Shown one piece after another: positions 47,501 to 60,719 of a DNA stretch of 64,000 bases. Below the pieces are notes generated by a model. The model did no database searches, was not told where the DNA came from, and saw only the letters and a list, made by a program, of their open reading frames with translations. Source of the stretch: Blasia pusilla. Its lineage: Eukaryota. The DNA lies in NCBI GenBank assembly GCA_050084515.1, contig CM114271.1, positions 24,180,001 through 24,244,000 of the forward strand, written 5' to 3'. Both the position numbers and the translations under genes were made by a program. Positions within the stretch are counted from its first letter, which is position 1. Each line of letters begins with the position of its first letter.

Positions 47501-49589
47501 TGGGGACCGTGTTCCCCGTTCAGCGGCTCATGGGAGTGCTCACCGGAGCAAGAGCTGCTTTGATTGTTCTTTCCATTTGCCGATTTTCCGTGTGGAAGAG
47601 TGGCGCGCGGAAGCGTTGCCCAATTTCTGATAGGGATTAATTATGGGGGTGAGTTGCCCCATGCCGGTGCTCTCAAGAGCACCATGTAGCTTGCTGATTT
47701 GTATTTTTACAGGTTTTACTTTTTGGTTGGGAGAAATCAGCGCGGAAGCACTGCCAAATTTTCTGTAGGAGAAAGAGACATTGGGGTTTACGACAGTCCC
47801 TATCAGTTTTTACTGGAATGTCCAATTCCAAATATTTATAAGCATTGTTGTAGATCGTGAAGATGTGCACGTTGTGCAACAAATAGTGCCTAATTTGGAG
47901 TTGCGAGTAAAAAGTTATGGTCAATCTTGCAACACTGCCATTGCTAGGCGATTTTTAGGGTTAAATTGTTCAAACCCTAAACCAGCCGCCACGCCGGCGG
48001 CGGCTGTCGCCCTCATAGTCAACATCACCGGTTAATGGTAAACCGTCACTGTCAATGGTCCACCGTGCACCGGCCATTGTCGGCCGTGTCGGCTGTTGCC
48101 GTTGCCCAGCCTTGGTTAGAGTTGCATTCGGCCGTTGTCCACCCTTTGGTTGCCATTGCGGCCCTTATGAGGTGGAGGGTCTTCCACGACCACCGTTGAT
48201 TCTCTGACTTGCGCCGCCACCACGTACTTTGGTTTGGCCGCCACCGTCATCGCAATTTTGTCATCAACCAATGATGATAGATGACCTCCGGTTATGGTGT
48301 TTGAGTTTTGATTTCATGCTGCTATGTTGTGATTGGTAGCCGCTCGACGACGATTGAGTAGCGTGCCGTGACGCCCGCAGCCGCAACGGGCCGTCGATTT
48401 CCACGCCGTGCCGCTCATGGCCGCACCGCACCATCTCGATCGTGGAGCCGCACCGTCATTGTGGAGCAGAGTGTGGGTTTATTGTCGATTGAGGAGGGTA
48501 TGCCGTCGAGTGCCGCATCCCACCATCGAGGGCCGTGCCGTTTGTAGCCGTTCCGTGCCACCTTCAACGCCGCACCGTTCTAGTGGAACCGCACTATCCA
48601 TCAAGGAGTTTTAAGCAGCATCATTATGGAAGGAGTATGACTTGCTGATTGGAGGATTTGTCTCCATGACCGAGTTGGGGTCGAGATTTGCAGTTGCTGA
48701 GGAGCGACATCGACATGTGTTCAAGTTACCCATTATGGTCCTTTACCCTACACGTGTGAGGAATTCTGGGATTTGGGTAGTTTATTTGGGGATATTGGGT
48801 GTGTGGATGCTGAGAGCATCATTTATGTATGTGGTTTAGGGGATATAGACCTCTGTGGGATCTCCAGAGTTGAGGGTAGGTTTTCGATGAGATGATAGCC
48901 TAACCGATTTGCCGCACCACGCCGCTTGTTGTCGCACGTTACACGTCTCGGGGAGGGAGAGTGTAGATCGAGTGCTGCATGTTTGGGATGAGTGATTGAG
49001 GGATTACTCGCGAGGTTTAGAGTGATCGTGTGAGAGGGGTAGGAGGGCCATCACGACGTCCTTTCAAGATTCTGAGAGGCGAGGTAGTAGACTTGAGAGT
49101 AGCTCTAGAAAGTTTACCCGGAGTGGTGTGAGGTTTTGAGGGTCTCCACGTGAGAGACCACCTCGATCTCCTTCTGTGTCGTCTTCAAACAAGGGGGAGT
49201 ATGTAGAGGATTTTGTGAGCACATCGCCACACATTGTGAGTGGTCCTACCAGTTGGGCGTACGAGATGGACGATCGGGGTAGAGGACCGCATAGGTTTTT
49301 AGGTGCAGTAGGCACGATTTCATAGCAGAGTTTAGGAGTTGGTGCGACTCCCAGCGAGCCAAGAACTCTACAGAGTTCAACCCATTTACAGCATGGAACG
49401 GTATGTTCCAACATTTAGAGGGGGCGCCCATAGACGATTACCATGAGTTCTCTCAGAGATATGCACGTGAGATCGAGGCATGGAGGCTCTACTATGACCC
49501 ACATTATGTGTCATGGACGGAGCCATTCCCAGATGAGGAGGAGGAGTCATGAGAGACTACTTCCTCTTCCACTAGTGACATTTTAGGAG

Positions 49590-51113
49590 GGGTAACTCGC
49601 ACGGGAGCAGTTGCACCGGCTAGTCGGGTTCGTCCCAGGTTCAACCATGTGGTTGAATTCTTTGTTGAGTTGAGGGCGAGCTACCAGGGGGTACGGACGG
49701 AGAAGTTGCGGAGCATCCACGACTTCCAGAGGCGCCTGGGTGAGAGTTTGCGTGAGGCTTACACTGGCTTGCGCCACTTGATCAATGTCACTCAGGGGGT
49801 GATAGAGGCTCAGGCTATCCTGTCATGGTGCGTGATGTTGGACCGGACCCTGTGGACACGGGAGCGGGAGGGGGTGCTTCTTATGAACACCTCCCCTACG
49901 TTGAGAGATTTTTTTAGGACCACCGAGAACATTGAGCGCAATATGGCGGAGGAGAGCGTAGCCACCATAGGTTCTGGGCGAGAGCAGTCGCGATTGGCTC
50001 CACCACTTGCGCCTTCATATGTGGCTCAGCAGTAGCCACCTACTATTACTTGTTGGTCATGTGGTGGAGCCCATCATCAACGCGATTGCACTCGTCAAGG
50101 TCATGGACGTGTGCCTCAGCATGGAGGAGGAGATGGTGCTGCACCAAGAGGTTATTAGTGTGACTATTGTGAAAGGTATGGTCATACACGCGCCTGGTGT
50201 TTCGGTTTACACTTGAGTTACGTCCGGACCGAGGGCCTGAGAGGGCACCAGAGTGAGTAGTTGGTCCGGGTGGGCCTAGAGATTGTGCACCAAGTGGTCC
50301 CGTTGGGGGACGAGGAGCTGGAGTTGCCCGACAGGGTGGTGGAGCTGCCATGGAGGAGGTAGAGTCCTACCACCTAGAAGCGTCGAGGGAGATGTTGGGC
50401 GTGAGGCTAGGATGGCTGCTCAGATACATCAGCTACAGGAGCAGATTTCCGCTATGGCATTGAGATTACCCGACGCCGGATTCGTGGCATTGACATCATA
50501 TGGAGCAGCCAGAGATATGGAGGATCCTGGTTGGATGTGCGGGGTTGCCCAGATGGAGGCAGCCACAGTTGTGACACGTGGAGCACCCGCAAAGTTGGAT
50601 CCACAGTGAGGGGAATCCAGGAAATAGACTAGGCTTCCTTTGTCTTTCACGTTGTCCGAGGCAATGAGGACCCCATGGATGGGTCCTGATCAGAGTTCCT
50701 GGAGAGAACGTGATGTTGTTGGTGTGCATGCATGGAGGGCGATGGGAGAAGCAAGTGCGACGACTCCTATTGTTGATGCTCAGGAGGGGCATGTGTCGAG
50801 CACGTTGTTGGGGGTGGCCACCATTGTGTACCGCGCTCTTTTATTTTCTGCTTCCGATGTTATGACGTTGGGGGGTACGCTCGCCGAGGCTTTTCGGCTG
50901 GCCGCTACGCTATGTGAGCGTGGAGTTGGAGTTCTTGCATCACGTTCAGAGGTGATTGCAGAGGAGGTGATGGACCTGCCCTTGGAGCGGATGCTCGGGC
51001 CGTCCACGTCAGATTCGTGGCAGGCTGCGGCTGCTAGGATGGCGGAGATGCCCGCTAGACCCGCGATAGAGCGTGCCATGACTCATAATCCAATGAAAGG
51101 AAATGCCAATTGA
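49590..51113 (+). pseudogene. Degenerate LTR retrotransposon gag remnant
   Basis: FQRRLGESLREAY gag motif; knuckles CWSCGGAHHQRDC (about 50050) and CDYCERYGHTRAWC (about 50160). Confidence 0.7.
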
Positions 51114-52756
51114 AATTGACTTCAAGAGGTCCTTTAGTTCTAGCATTGCTTGAGGATAAGTTTATAGGAAAAGTTCAATGATTCTCTCGGAGTGATGATG
51201 AGATACCACAAAATCTGATGGGTATCATGTTTCCACATAGTGTGATTCTCTTTGTGTTGTTATCTTAGGAATGAATCCCATTTGGAGGATGATGGGAATG
51301 GTACTAGTTTATTTAACAGTTAATATCATTCCAAATGATTGATAAGTTGTATCTTTCCATGTTTGCAAAATTGTGCAAGATTTTCCAATAGAAGTTTGTG
51401 GATGTTAGCAGTGTTAATTCCGAGATAGCTTCTAATACTGCCAATTTTATGATGGAAGTCCAGGATTTGAATGCATCGATCTTCTTTGAAAAACATATTT
51501 TACCCGATTTTTGGACAGTGGGTGATTATCTGTGACGTTTACAATCTAAGATAAGGGGTAAAAGGTTTCAGAGTATATAGAGATGTCGTGAGATCATAAG
51601 GGGAGGGATTTGGAGGTTGCCTTACTTCAGCTTTATACATCGATTTGGAGATAACCACCTCATTGGTGCAATGAGAATTCCAAATCCCTTGCACATGGCC
51701 TCTCAACAGGTGGGATTGAATACTTGGAACTGTAAAGTCTTAGACGATTTGTATGGATATTTTGGAGCCCAATTACCAATTCGATGTTGCAACCTGATTC
51801 GATTAATTCTCTTATTGTTAAGCAAGAGTTTTAGTCTTCTAAATTGATGGCTACCACGTAGTGAAAAAATCACAACTTTAGATATATTACAGTGCATACG
51901 TAGTGCCATGCGCGAGAGAGTATTCTCCATTCCACATATGACCAAGAGCAAATCTCATAATAGATTGACAAGAAAATATTTAGATTTGTTTTGAGGATTT
52001 CCTTAGAAAGATTTTTCTTTGACTATGAGGAGTTGTTGTATGAGTATGTGGTGTTATGGAAAATTCTGCTCATTGTAGATATACATTTGCTACTCCATAC
52101 ATATATTTGTCTCCACAAGTAGAAATAGACAACATTCAAATATGTATAAATTAGGAAACTTATAAATTTTGATTTGTTGGTGTAGTAAGACCCTTTCAAA
52201 ATATTTGGGGATTTGAAGATCTTGCCTCCCAATTGGTGGGAGGATTATCAAGTTCGACTCCAACTAAGAATATGATGGTATACCCTTGAGGTAATAGTAA
52301 GTTCTAGAAATTGTTGGACGAAAGTTCACTCCTTTCCACATTGGAGACACGTTTATGTTACAGCGAATGACTTGGAAAGATATTTAATTTCCGGATTTTC
52401 ACTAATTACCGTTGAAAATTATCAGAAAATAACCTACAAATATTAAAATGGTCAGCCATGCCAGTACTCGTAAAGGAAGAGCCGTGTAACAACGAAATTT
52501 ACCCGTAATAAAAAAATCTACCCCAACCCTCTCCCACACATACAACTGCCATACAACTCCCCAGACATTGTACCACGGGCACAACACTCACACGAGAGAC
52601 TTGCGAATTGCGAGCAGTGCACCAATCGCATCCACAGAGAGAGAGAGAGATTGTGCTGTGTGGTCTACTGAGGTAGAAAAGGAAAGGGGTTGGATGGGCT
52701 GGTCGGTTTCCGCATTCGGCATGAGGATTTTCGGATAGTACTCCAAGAGATTTGGA

Positions 52757-54559
52757 ATGAGGACCGTGAGCTCAACGTCCACGAGCATCTTCACATCTCT
52801 CCGTGTGGCAGTTCCCATGCCCTCTTTTCACCATCTCTCCTCCTCGTCGTTCTCCATTTCATCTCCTCTTTCTTTCTCCCTAAACGCCCTGCGACTGCCC
52901 AAGAGCTCATCGCCTCATCAAAGAAGACCTTGCAGTCCCGCACATGGTAATTCTTCCGGTGTCCGGTCTGGATTTGGTCAGCTGTTGGAACCTAAGGTGA
53001 GCTTGCTTCCTCGCTCGACCTTAGCTGGTGCTGGAGGCGTCGCATTTGAGAATGCGTTCATGAGCTTCGGACCGCTAAGGTGCAGAAGAGATTTCTCGAC
53101 AGCGGCTGCACCAGCCAATCCCACCCTTTTTACCAATTGGAACGATGTCTCGGATCCGACTGCCCAGTCTGATTCAGCGGCTCCCACTTCTGCATATGTT
53201 CATATTCCTTTCTGCCGTAGGCGCTGTTTCTACTGCGACTTTACAATTCTTGCCATCGGAGAGACAACAGACCGAACCAGAGACCATCAGGCGTCTACAA
53301 TGATGAGCTATGTGGATTTAGTGTGCAAAGAAATCGCCACAACCGCACGAAAGAGTGTGAAGGGCGGAGCTCCTCTCCAGACTCTGTTCTTCGGTGGAGG
53401 CACTCCCTCTCTCCTGCCGGTCCCCCTTCTTCAAAGAATCATAGATGAGGTGAAAGCTCGATTCGAAGTCTCAGTGGACGCGGAAATCTCTATGGAGATG
53501 GATCCCGGGACGTTTGACAGAGAAAAGTTGGCGGGCTTATTGGAGAGCGGAATCACGCGGGTTTCTCTGGGTGTTCAGTCGTTTGAGGACGAGCTTCTGA
53601 AAGCGTGTGGCAGATCTCACAGTTTGCAAGACGTCTACGATGCTGTGGAGGTCATTCAGTCTGTTGGTCTGGAGAATTGGAGTCTAGATCTGATGGCTTC
53701 CTTGCCCAACCAAACGATGGAACAATGGGAGCACTCTCTGCAAGTAGCAATGTCCCTACGCCCGGCGCACATTTCTGTCTACGACTTGCAGATTGAAGAG
53801 GGAACTCTGTTCAATCGTTGGTACAAAGCCGGGCAAGAGCCTCTCCCTAGTGATGATAAGTCGGCGGAGCTCTACCGAAGAGCTTCGTTGAAGCTTTCCG
53901 AGGCTGGATATGAGCACTACGAAGTTAGTAACTACGCAAAGCCTGGATTCCAGTGCAGGCATAACCTTGTGTACTGGGAGAATCGACAGTACTATGCGTT
54001 CGGGTTGGGTTCAACGAGCTATGTTGCCGCTCGCAGACTGTCAAGACCTAAAAAGATGAAAGAGTACAAGATATTTGTGGATGACTTGGACGCCTCTTCG
54101 GATTCGTTGCCTGAAGAAACACCTCAAGAGAGCGTGGAGGAGAAAGTTTTGGATACAATCATGCTTTCTTTGCGGTTAGCTCGGGGACTGAATCTGACAG
54201 AGTTTGAAGGAGCTTTTGGTTCGTCTATCACGTCGACTGTATGCTCCGGTCTAGCGCGTTTCGTGGAGAGTGGGCTCGTTCAGGTTCTGGATGCTGAGAG
54301 ACGAGTGGTTCCAAGAGATGTGTTCGCTCAAATTTGTAAAGACAGGGCTCAAATTTTGAGTATACAGAATTCCGAATCCCTAGAAGAGCAAAGCAAAGTG
54401 TTTCTCAATGAATCAGTAGCGGAGGCCTGTCGAACGAGATTTAGTGACGGATATGGAAACATGCCTGCATTCGTCAGACTTACAGATCCTGAAGGTTTTC
54501 TTCTGTCTAATGAAGTCATTTCTTCAATCTTCTCGTCCTTACCCGGGGGAGGAGGTTAA
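52757..54559 (+). CDS. hemW: Radical SAM heme chaperone HemW / RSAD1 (HemN-like), with an N-terminal organellar transit peptide; single exon
   Basis: AYVHIPFCRRRCFYCDF (CxxxCxxC), FFGGGTPS, RVSLGVQSF, YEHYEVSNYA, HNLVYW (HemW-type HNxxYW); Ser-rich N-terminal extension of about 130 aa; open 600-aa ORF. Confidence 0.93.
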   Translation: MRTVSSTSTSIFTSLRVAVPMPSFHHLSSSSFSISSPLSFSLNALRLPKSSSPHQRRPCSPAHGNSSGVRSGFGQLLEPKVSLLPRSTLAGAGGVAFENAFMSFGPLRCRRDFSTAAAPANPTLFTNWNDVSDPTAQSDSAAPTSAYVHIPFCRRRCFYCDFTILAIGETTDRTRDHQASTMMSYVDLVCKEIATTARKSVKGGAPLQTLFFGGGTPSLLPVPLLQRIIDEVKARFEVSVDAEISMEMDPGTFDREKLAGLLESGITRVSLGVQSFEDELLKACGRSHSLQDVYDAVEVIQSVGLENWSLDLMASLPNQTMEQWEHSLQVAMSLRPAHISVYDLQIEEGTLFNRWYKAGQEPLPSDDKSAELYRRASLKLSEAGYEHYEVSNYAKPGFQCRHNLVYWENRQYYAFGLGSTSYVAARRLSRPKKMKEYKIFVDDLDASSDSLPEETPQESVEEKVLDTIMLSLRLARGLNLTEFEGAFGSSITSTVCSGLARFVESGLVQVLDAERRVVPRDVFAQICKDRAQILSIQNSESLEEQSKVFLNESVAEACRTRFSDGYGNMPAFVRLTDPEGFLLSNEVISSIFSSLPGGGG

Positions 54560-54618
54560 GCATTTTTCCTGCTTCTATCACACCATCGACGGTGTTAACA
54601 AAAGGGCTAATGAGAGAG

Positions 54619-54620
<2 letters not shown>

Positions 54621-54661
<41 letters not shown>
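54621..54661 (+). repeat. (AG)20 microsatellite just downstream of the hemW-like stop codon
   Basis: Direct reading. Confidence 0.98.
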
Positions 54662-54663
<2 letters not shown>

Positions 54664-56206
54664 ATGAAAGCAGTAATTATTACTTAGCGGAACATGTTCC
54701 AGTTGTTTGTCCTGGGCGAGGGTTTGTTTTGCATTGTGGTCAACCTGGTAAGAAATCAATTCGTTCGCTAACCATTGCGAAAGGGTTTTCACTCTGAGAT
54801 AAAGAGGTTCGATGCTAGTGGTCAAAGAGTCCCTCATCTTGTGTCGGTTTTTAATGCGGGTAAAGAAGAGGCCAAGGTAGAGTGAGCGAAGTACACCAGG
54901 TCACTTAATACGGGATTCATTCAATGTCTGTTAGTAGGTAGCTCTCGGGAGAACTGTGCATGTTTATTATTAGTGGTACCGAATGGCATCGATGCCTGGT
55001 ATCCGTCAGTTTCTGGGAAGATGTGCAACCTTTACCCATTCAACGTAGTAGACATTGTTTCTCCGTGTAGTTCTTGTGTGACGATTAGGGGAATCTCATA
55101 CCTTTCATATCCACACAAGAGTGTTACATACTCTCTCCTGTCCATACCAGAGTTTTTATATCTCTGCTTCACACCTCCTAAGCACGTTTCAGGTGTCTTT
55201 AGTCTGAAAGTGAACACTTGTTTACCGGTGGCACCTTAGTGGTCACAGGATTCCCATGTGCTCACCTTGTTTGTTACCTGTATCATGATGATGATAAGGT
55301 TTTAAGAACCTGATAAAGTTTCTCACATCTTCCTAACACCAATTCTGGCTATGGATTTGTAATTAGAAGTCCCATAGCTCTCTTGGATCTGTGTGGAGAA
55401 AAAAAAGTTTTATTCGTTCTCAGTCTGGCTCCAACCAACCAGCGCACGAGGTCTTTGGTTGCAAGGCTACGACTGGCACTACCTAATGAGTAGAGTCTCA
55501 GTAGCTGGCCAAAAACTAGCAAAATGGAGATATGAATTTTAATTGCCAGAGCTCACTAATCTTGCACACTGTCAAAGCCTCACTTGTAATAAGACAAGCA
55601 CTGGACCTATATGACAGTGTCCCTCCTCTCATATGGTACGTGTTTCACGCTTTTTTCCTCCTGCATCCATCCAGGTCACTAGCACCGTCCAACTAGGGTT
55701 TGAGAACAATCTCTCTCCCCTAGGTGGCAAAATTTCAAACTACACTTGGGGATTATTCAAGCTTGGTCTTCAATCCACCAGGCTACACTTTTTCGAGTCT
55801 GATGTAGCTTTCTGAACTCGGGACTTTCTGGGATGTCACGTAGCTGGTCTAGGCGACACATAGGAGGAGTTTCCTTACCACTATATGGCTTTTGGTTTGT
55901 CAGACCTTTCATGCGATTCCTGCGCCAAGAAAGTTCAAGTATTTCATGTGAACGGTGGCAGTGCAGATTTCCGAAGTTTGATCTTGTTTCCATCAAGGTC
56001 AGAACTTCCTGCTTTGAGGTTTCAAGTGGTGATTTAAGAAGGACAATGCTTCCGAGTTACATAGTCTTGACTTTCATTTCAACATAGTAACGCAATTCCA
56101 ACCTCGGTAATATCATGCAATCAATGTGGATGTATTAATGAATGGTGAGTACATGCGTGTGCCTGGCTTGCGTATATGTTACAGAAATTAACAGTAAATT
56201 TGAAAT

Positions 56207-59200
56207 TTACTCGCCAACTGTCGTAAGCTGTTGTGCAGGGTCGTCCTCAAGATTAAGCTCCCGTATGTAAGCAACTAACTCCCTTACATTAGGGTCATGG
56301 ACACCGTATTTCCTTTTCATTATTCGCACGGCACGGTTGTATCTGTGGCATGCATCTGCCATCTCCTTCAACCCTACCGAACAGTCTCCCAGATACTTGA
56401 GCGTCTGTGGCAACAAATCTTTGATGTTAAAATTTCCTTCCACTCGGACAAAAGAAATTGCTCGAGTGGTTAGACGAGATATACATGGTGATGACATATA
56501 CATGACGTGGGATTATTCTGGGAGGCACAACTTGTGTGCAGTGTCAGATTGAAATGATAGATGTTTGTGGTTCAGTGTGCGTGTCTTTGTTGTAACCCCA
56601 AAAACCTCCTGACGTTAGATCCGCTAACTAGGAGGAAATATAGGTTGCGCCGACTTTGTTTGCCTTTTGTTCCACGAATCTTTCACAGAGACAATATGTC
56701 GAGCGAGTTATGTCAAAGGAATCTCAGTTTTCTTGACTACTTGGAGATGGATATTTCACCGAACCTTTCTGATTGGGCAGGGAGAGTTGAGAAGAACAAA
56801 AGGCATTGTGAAATCATTCGTCATGTAATAAACTAGCATTTTGTTATAAAGTTTAGGAAGCACAGAGTTCATGGGAATGAAACTTACCTCGGCAACCACT
56901 ATGCTCCCCCCACCGTATTCCTTGCGTTGAAGTTGGAGCAGTTCTTCAAACGTTTCTTTAGCTTTCGTGTAATCTTCACGATCATACAAAGTCAATCCTT
57001 GTTCCTTCATGATTTGAAGAGCAAGGGGATCGGTCCTGCCAATGTCCCGTTGCTCCTCACAAAACTTATTTGCCTTCTCCAGGTTTTTCAGGGCTTCATC
57101 GAATTTCTGCAAATGCAGATTCCTGAGGTGAATCTAAACGTCCAGAGCTCAAGGGACGGATGAATGAAAACGCTAAATGGAGCCTACCTCTGAAGTGGAG
57201 AAGAATTATTCTACTGTTTCGTTCAACAACCTTATGTTACACGTTTGAATTGAGAGGTTTTAGAGAGGGTATGGTACTTAACATATCAAGTATCCCCTGA
57301 GAAGTTTAGATCTTAACTGTTTCGTTCAAAGCATACTAAGATGAGTACAGTTACACTGAAACACTGCGGAAGCAACTGGTCCCGAGTACTCTTAACGTTC
57401 TGTGTACTTTGATTCTGTGGAGCGTACAGCCGAGCTCGAAGTTCATGTGGGCAACTGCAGAACCGTTGGGGACAGTGGCCATTCCATGGGAATCAATCGC
57501 CTTCTCGAACATAGCAGCTGCTTCTTCATCTTTGCCTTGTTTAACCTTTGTCTACACACTTGCCAAGGTGTTTTAAGAAAGGATGGCACATCTTCAGTGA
57601 TTCGTAAACGTACACTTAGACGAGGGCGTTGTAATTCTGTGGCTAACCTAGCGTGCAGGAGAACGGATTAAGAAAGCTTACCTTGGCTATTTTGCTGTAC
57701 AAGGAAGCCAACGAAGGGTGCTTGGTGGACTTTCTTCCGCTTTTCTTGATAACTCCACCGACGGAGTTGTTCAAGATCTCCCATGCCTCTAGGAGTACCC
57801 ACATTTCTCCTTAGTTTGACTGAAACATCAGTCCTTGCTTTAATTTTGAAGGAGACGCAGGAAACAAGGCATGACATGCTTCTGATTTACTGTTTGCATA
57901 ATACATCGTTTGCGCGGAGGCGAGTTGATGATAACAGACGAGAGGAGTCTTCAATAAGTAGTGCTGCACTTGGTACGACGTGGACGAAAGATCACCGACT
58001 CCTGATTCAACTCATCAGGGTCTCATCTACATAATTTGGGACTAAGTATTAGGATCAAGATCTACGCCGTAGTAATCCCCCGATTAATTCGTGGAGAGGA
58101 GATGAGTCTACCTTGTCGTAGCTGGCCATTGCTCTGTCGTAAAAGTCTAATTGGACCTGGTCTGGGGCTCCAATTGACATGTTTGGAGGGCTGTTTGGAT
58201 GATTGTGTGACTTTGGTGATTTGGCCAACTTCCGATTGGTTCGTTTGATGTCGTTCTCTATCATGGGAGCACCGCTATCCTTGGCGTAAACAAAGAGGTC
58301 TCCAAATGATTCATGTATAGGTGCATTACTCACGTCCTGCACACACATAAACAGTCTCCAGGAGTGAACACACGCCAACTGAGGAAGCAGGAGCGTTTAT
58401 TATCGTCACGCATCTCGTACATCCACTTGCGCTATAGTTTTGCTACACTACACTCCAACTCCAGATTGCGTTCTTCCTCCGGCGATCTCAAGGTAACAAG
58501 TTTCTCTTTCCCCACGGAACTCGACTTTAGTTCCGGACTGCTCTTTGGATCCACGGAGATGAAGGTTGAAAGTTTGCACCCTAACTAACCTTAACTTTCT
58601 ATCATTTCTTCCATGACATAAAGATGTTCGCTCGAGTTTAACGAAGATCCTAGCGTCATGGGGATACGCGTTCTACTCAAGAACGAATATCTTAACGCAG
58701 ACATTTGTGCCTCTTTCAGTTTGACTCGTGCTATTTGTTTTACTTCATGTTGGTAAGATTCCACAAGTCGACAAGAGGATGATGCACGTTTGAAGTGTTT
58801 CAAAAACTTATGCCGAGAATCAGATCGAGTTCCTCCAGGACTTCGGAAAAGTTTATTCCAAGCTGCACTTAGGGTCACCCTGGGCTTCGTGAATCACAAG
58901 AGACAGCATTACCAGCTGTGGCATGTGGATAATTGGGGCAATCGTTGCGTCAGGTTCTTGGTGAAGCACGTGATCTCTTGGACCTACCAAGTCCCAAAGC
59001 ATACAATTTCGGACAATAGAATGTAATATAGTTGACGTTGCAAAGGTTGGGGTTTCTTTACAGCGAATGTACATTTTCACTCGTAAGCTCCGTGTTAATC
59101 TGAAGGGCCCTTTTTAGATAGCTCTCGCATCTTGTATCCGCTCCTGCACATGTTTCATAAGAAAGCCACGAATGTCACAACTAGTCTTTTCATAAATGAG

Positions 59201-60719
59201 AGTCTAGCTTTCCTACAATCTGATGGTTTTGCAGTTCAAATTTTCCAGTGAAGGCATCTTGTTGTGTATTGTTTAGTTGGGCCGCATTTCAAGTGGGTCT
59301 AGAAACTACCAGTTGCAGGAAATTGGGAGAAAGATTTAGGTAACGAACGTACGCAGTAACATGGACTTGGCAAGAGAAAGGAGAACTGCTACAAGTAGAG
59401 TACTGTTGTCAGGCTGTTCTCCCTCTGGTCCTCTTCTCGGATCGCCTGCCTCCATAGCCTGCCACATTGTTCATTCATAATCATCAATTGTGCGAAGGGA
59501 CCGATCAGGTCACTTGAATTTAGTTCGAAATAAGGTTCCAATCAGAAGTATCATGATCTGGAGTACTCAGGTGACCGCAAAATGGATTTCATTTAGAGTG
59601 GATCTTTATGGCAGATGTTACAAAAGGCTTACAGTGTTGCATCCACTCATTGATGATTTTGCATTTAGGTGCAGATGGTGGAAAGAAACAGCCATTGGCT
59701 CCAAGAATTCCATGAGCACATTCACTTCTTATGATGTGTAATTATTTTACGAAACTCATCTTGAGCAATACCTTTCGGAGTTTATACTGAGCTGAACTGT
59801 AACGAAACTGGTTACGATCTCAAAGTCACAGGTGTCTCTATGCAATATTTTTCGACTTTTGATTGACGGAAGAAGGTTTTTAATTATGAAAGCTGGTAGA
59901 ACTCACCCTCATTGCATGCCAGTAAGCCTGGTCTCCGTAACCCTTTATCTCGCCAGAAGAGACATCAAAAGATTAATCAGAATCTCTACGACAAGCGTAG
60001 GTGCAGAAGCAGTCCAGGATATAGTTTTCCTTGTCTTACTCTTGGTGACTCGACCGACGTTAAAGGTTTTAATCATTTCAAATACATTCAATCGTACTCT
60101 TTTGACTTTCAGCCAAGTCATCGAAAATTTCCGTTCCAGCCGCATACAAAATTCGCAGTGTAATGTAAGGGATCGTACATACCATCTCCAAGTACGTGGC
60201 ACTGAGTTGAAGGTGTGCCTTTGCCAAAACGATCTCTTTCTCAAGATTTGTAGGATCGTCCATGCACAGCTTTGCCAATGCCAAGGCCTGTCCGGATGTT
60301 GCACGAATTCATGAGTTGGATCCTGTGCAGTGGGTGATGTAGTCCAGTTTTAGAGCTAACTGAAATCCCGATTCGCAGTGCTTGTGCGGTGCGCTGTAAC
60401 CAAGAAGATGGTGTTCTTTCATTTCCTGAGTAAATTTGGATAGAGTGGTCACAGGAGTCACATATGTCGCAGAAATGATTGGATGAAGGAAGACGACGGA
60501 CAGAACAAGAATCAGTTCTGATTGTTCGTGCAAAATGACAATCAGTGCAAATTTGGTCTTGATTGGCTAACGTAGCGAGGCCCAGTGATGAACCTGCATG
60601 CGCAAAAAAAGTGCACGTTCGTGATCGCCAAAGTCGAGGGCCTGGACGGCTGCATCTTCCACAGATTGCAGCCGCGCAATAGGCTCCTTCATCATTATCA
60701 TATCTGCGTCGGTGTCCAT
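56207..60719 (-). CDS. Multi-exon tetratricopeptide-repeat protein (kinesin-light-chain/TTC23-like TPRs); 5' end uncertain
   Basis: Exons with GT-AG borders at 56207-56404 (TLKYLGDC...YNRAVRIMKRKYGVHDP), 56888-57106 (KFDEALKNLEKA...LQRKEYGGGSIVVAE) and about 60183-60287 (ALALAKLC...LAKAHLQLSATYLEM). Internal exons not fully resolved. Confidence 0.7.

Noticed and set aside
47955-47985. Telomere-like tttaggg/aaaccctaaa
   Set aside because: Only isolated single units, not an array
51120-52350. Possible LINE reverse-transcriptase remnant on the minus strand
   Set aside because: No convincing YADD or QG motif could be read
52757-54559. Oxygen-independent coproporphyrinogen III oxidase HemN
   Set aside because: HNxxYW and the overall pattern fit HemW/RSAD1 better
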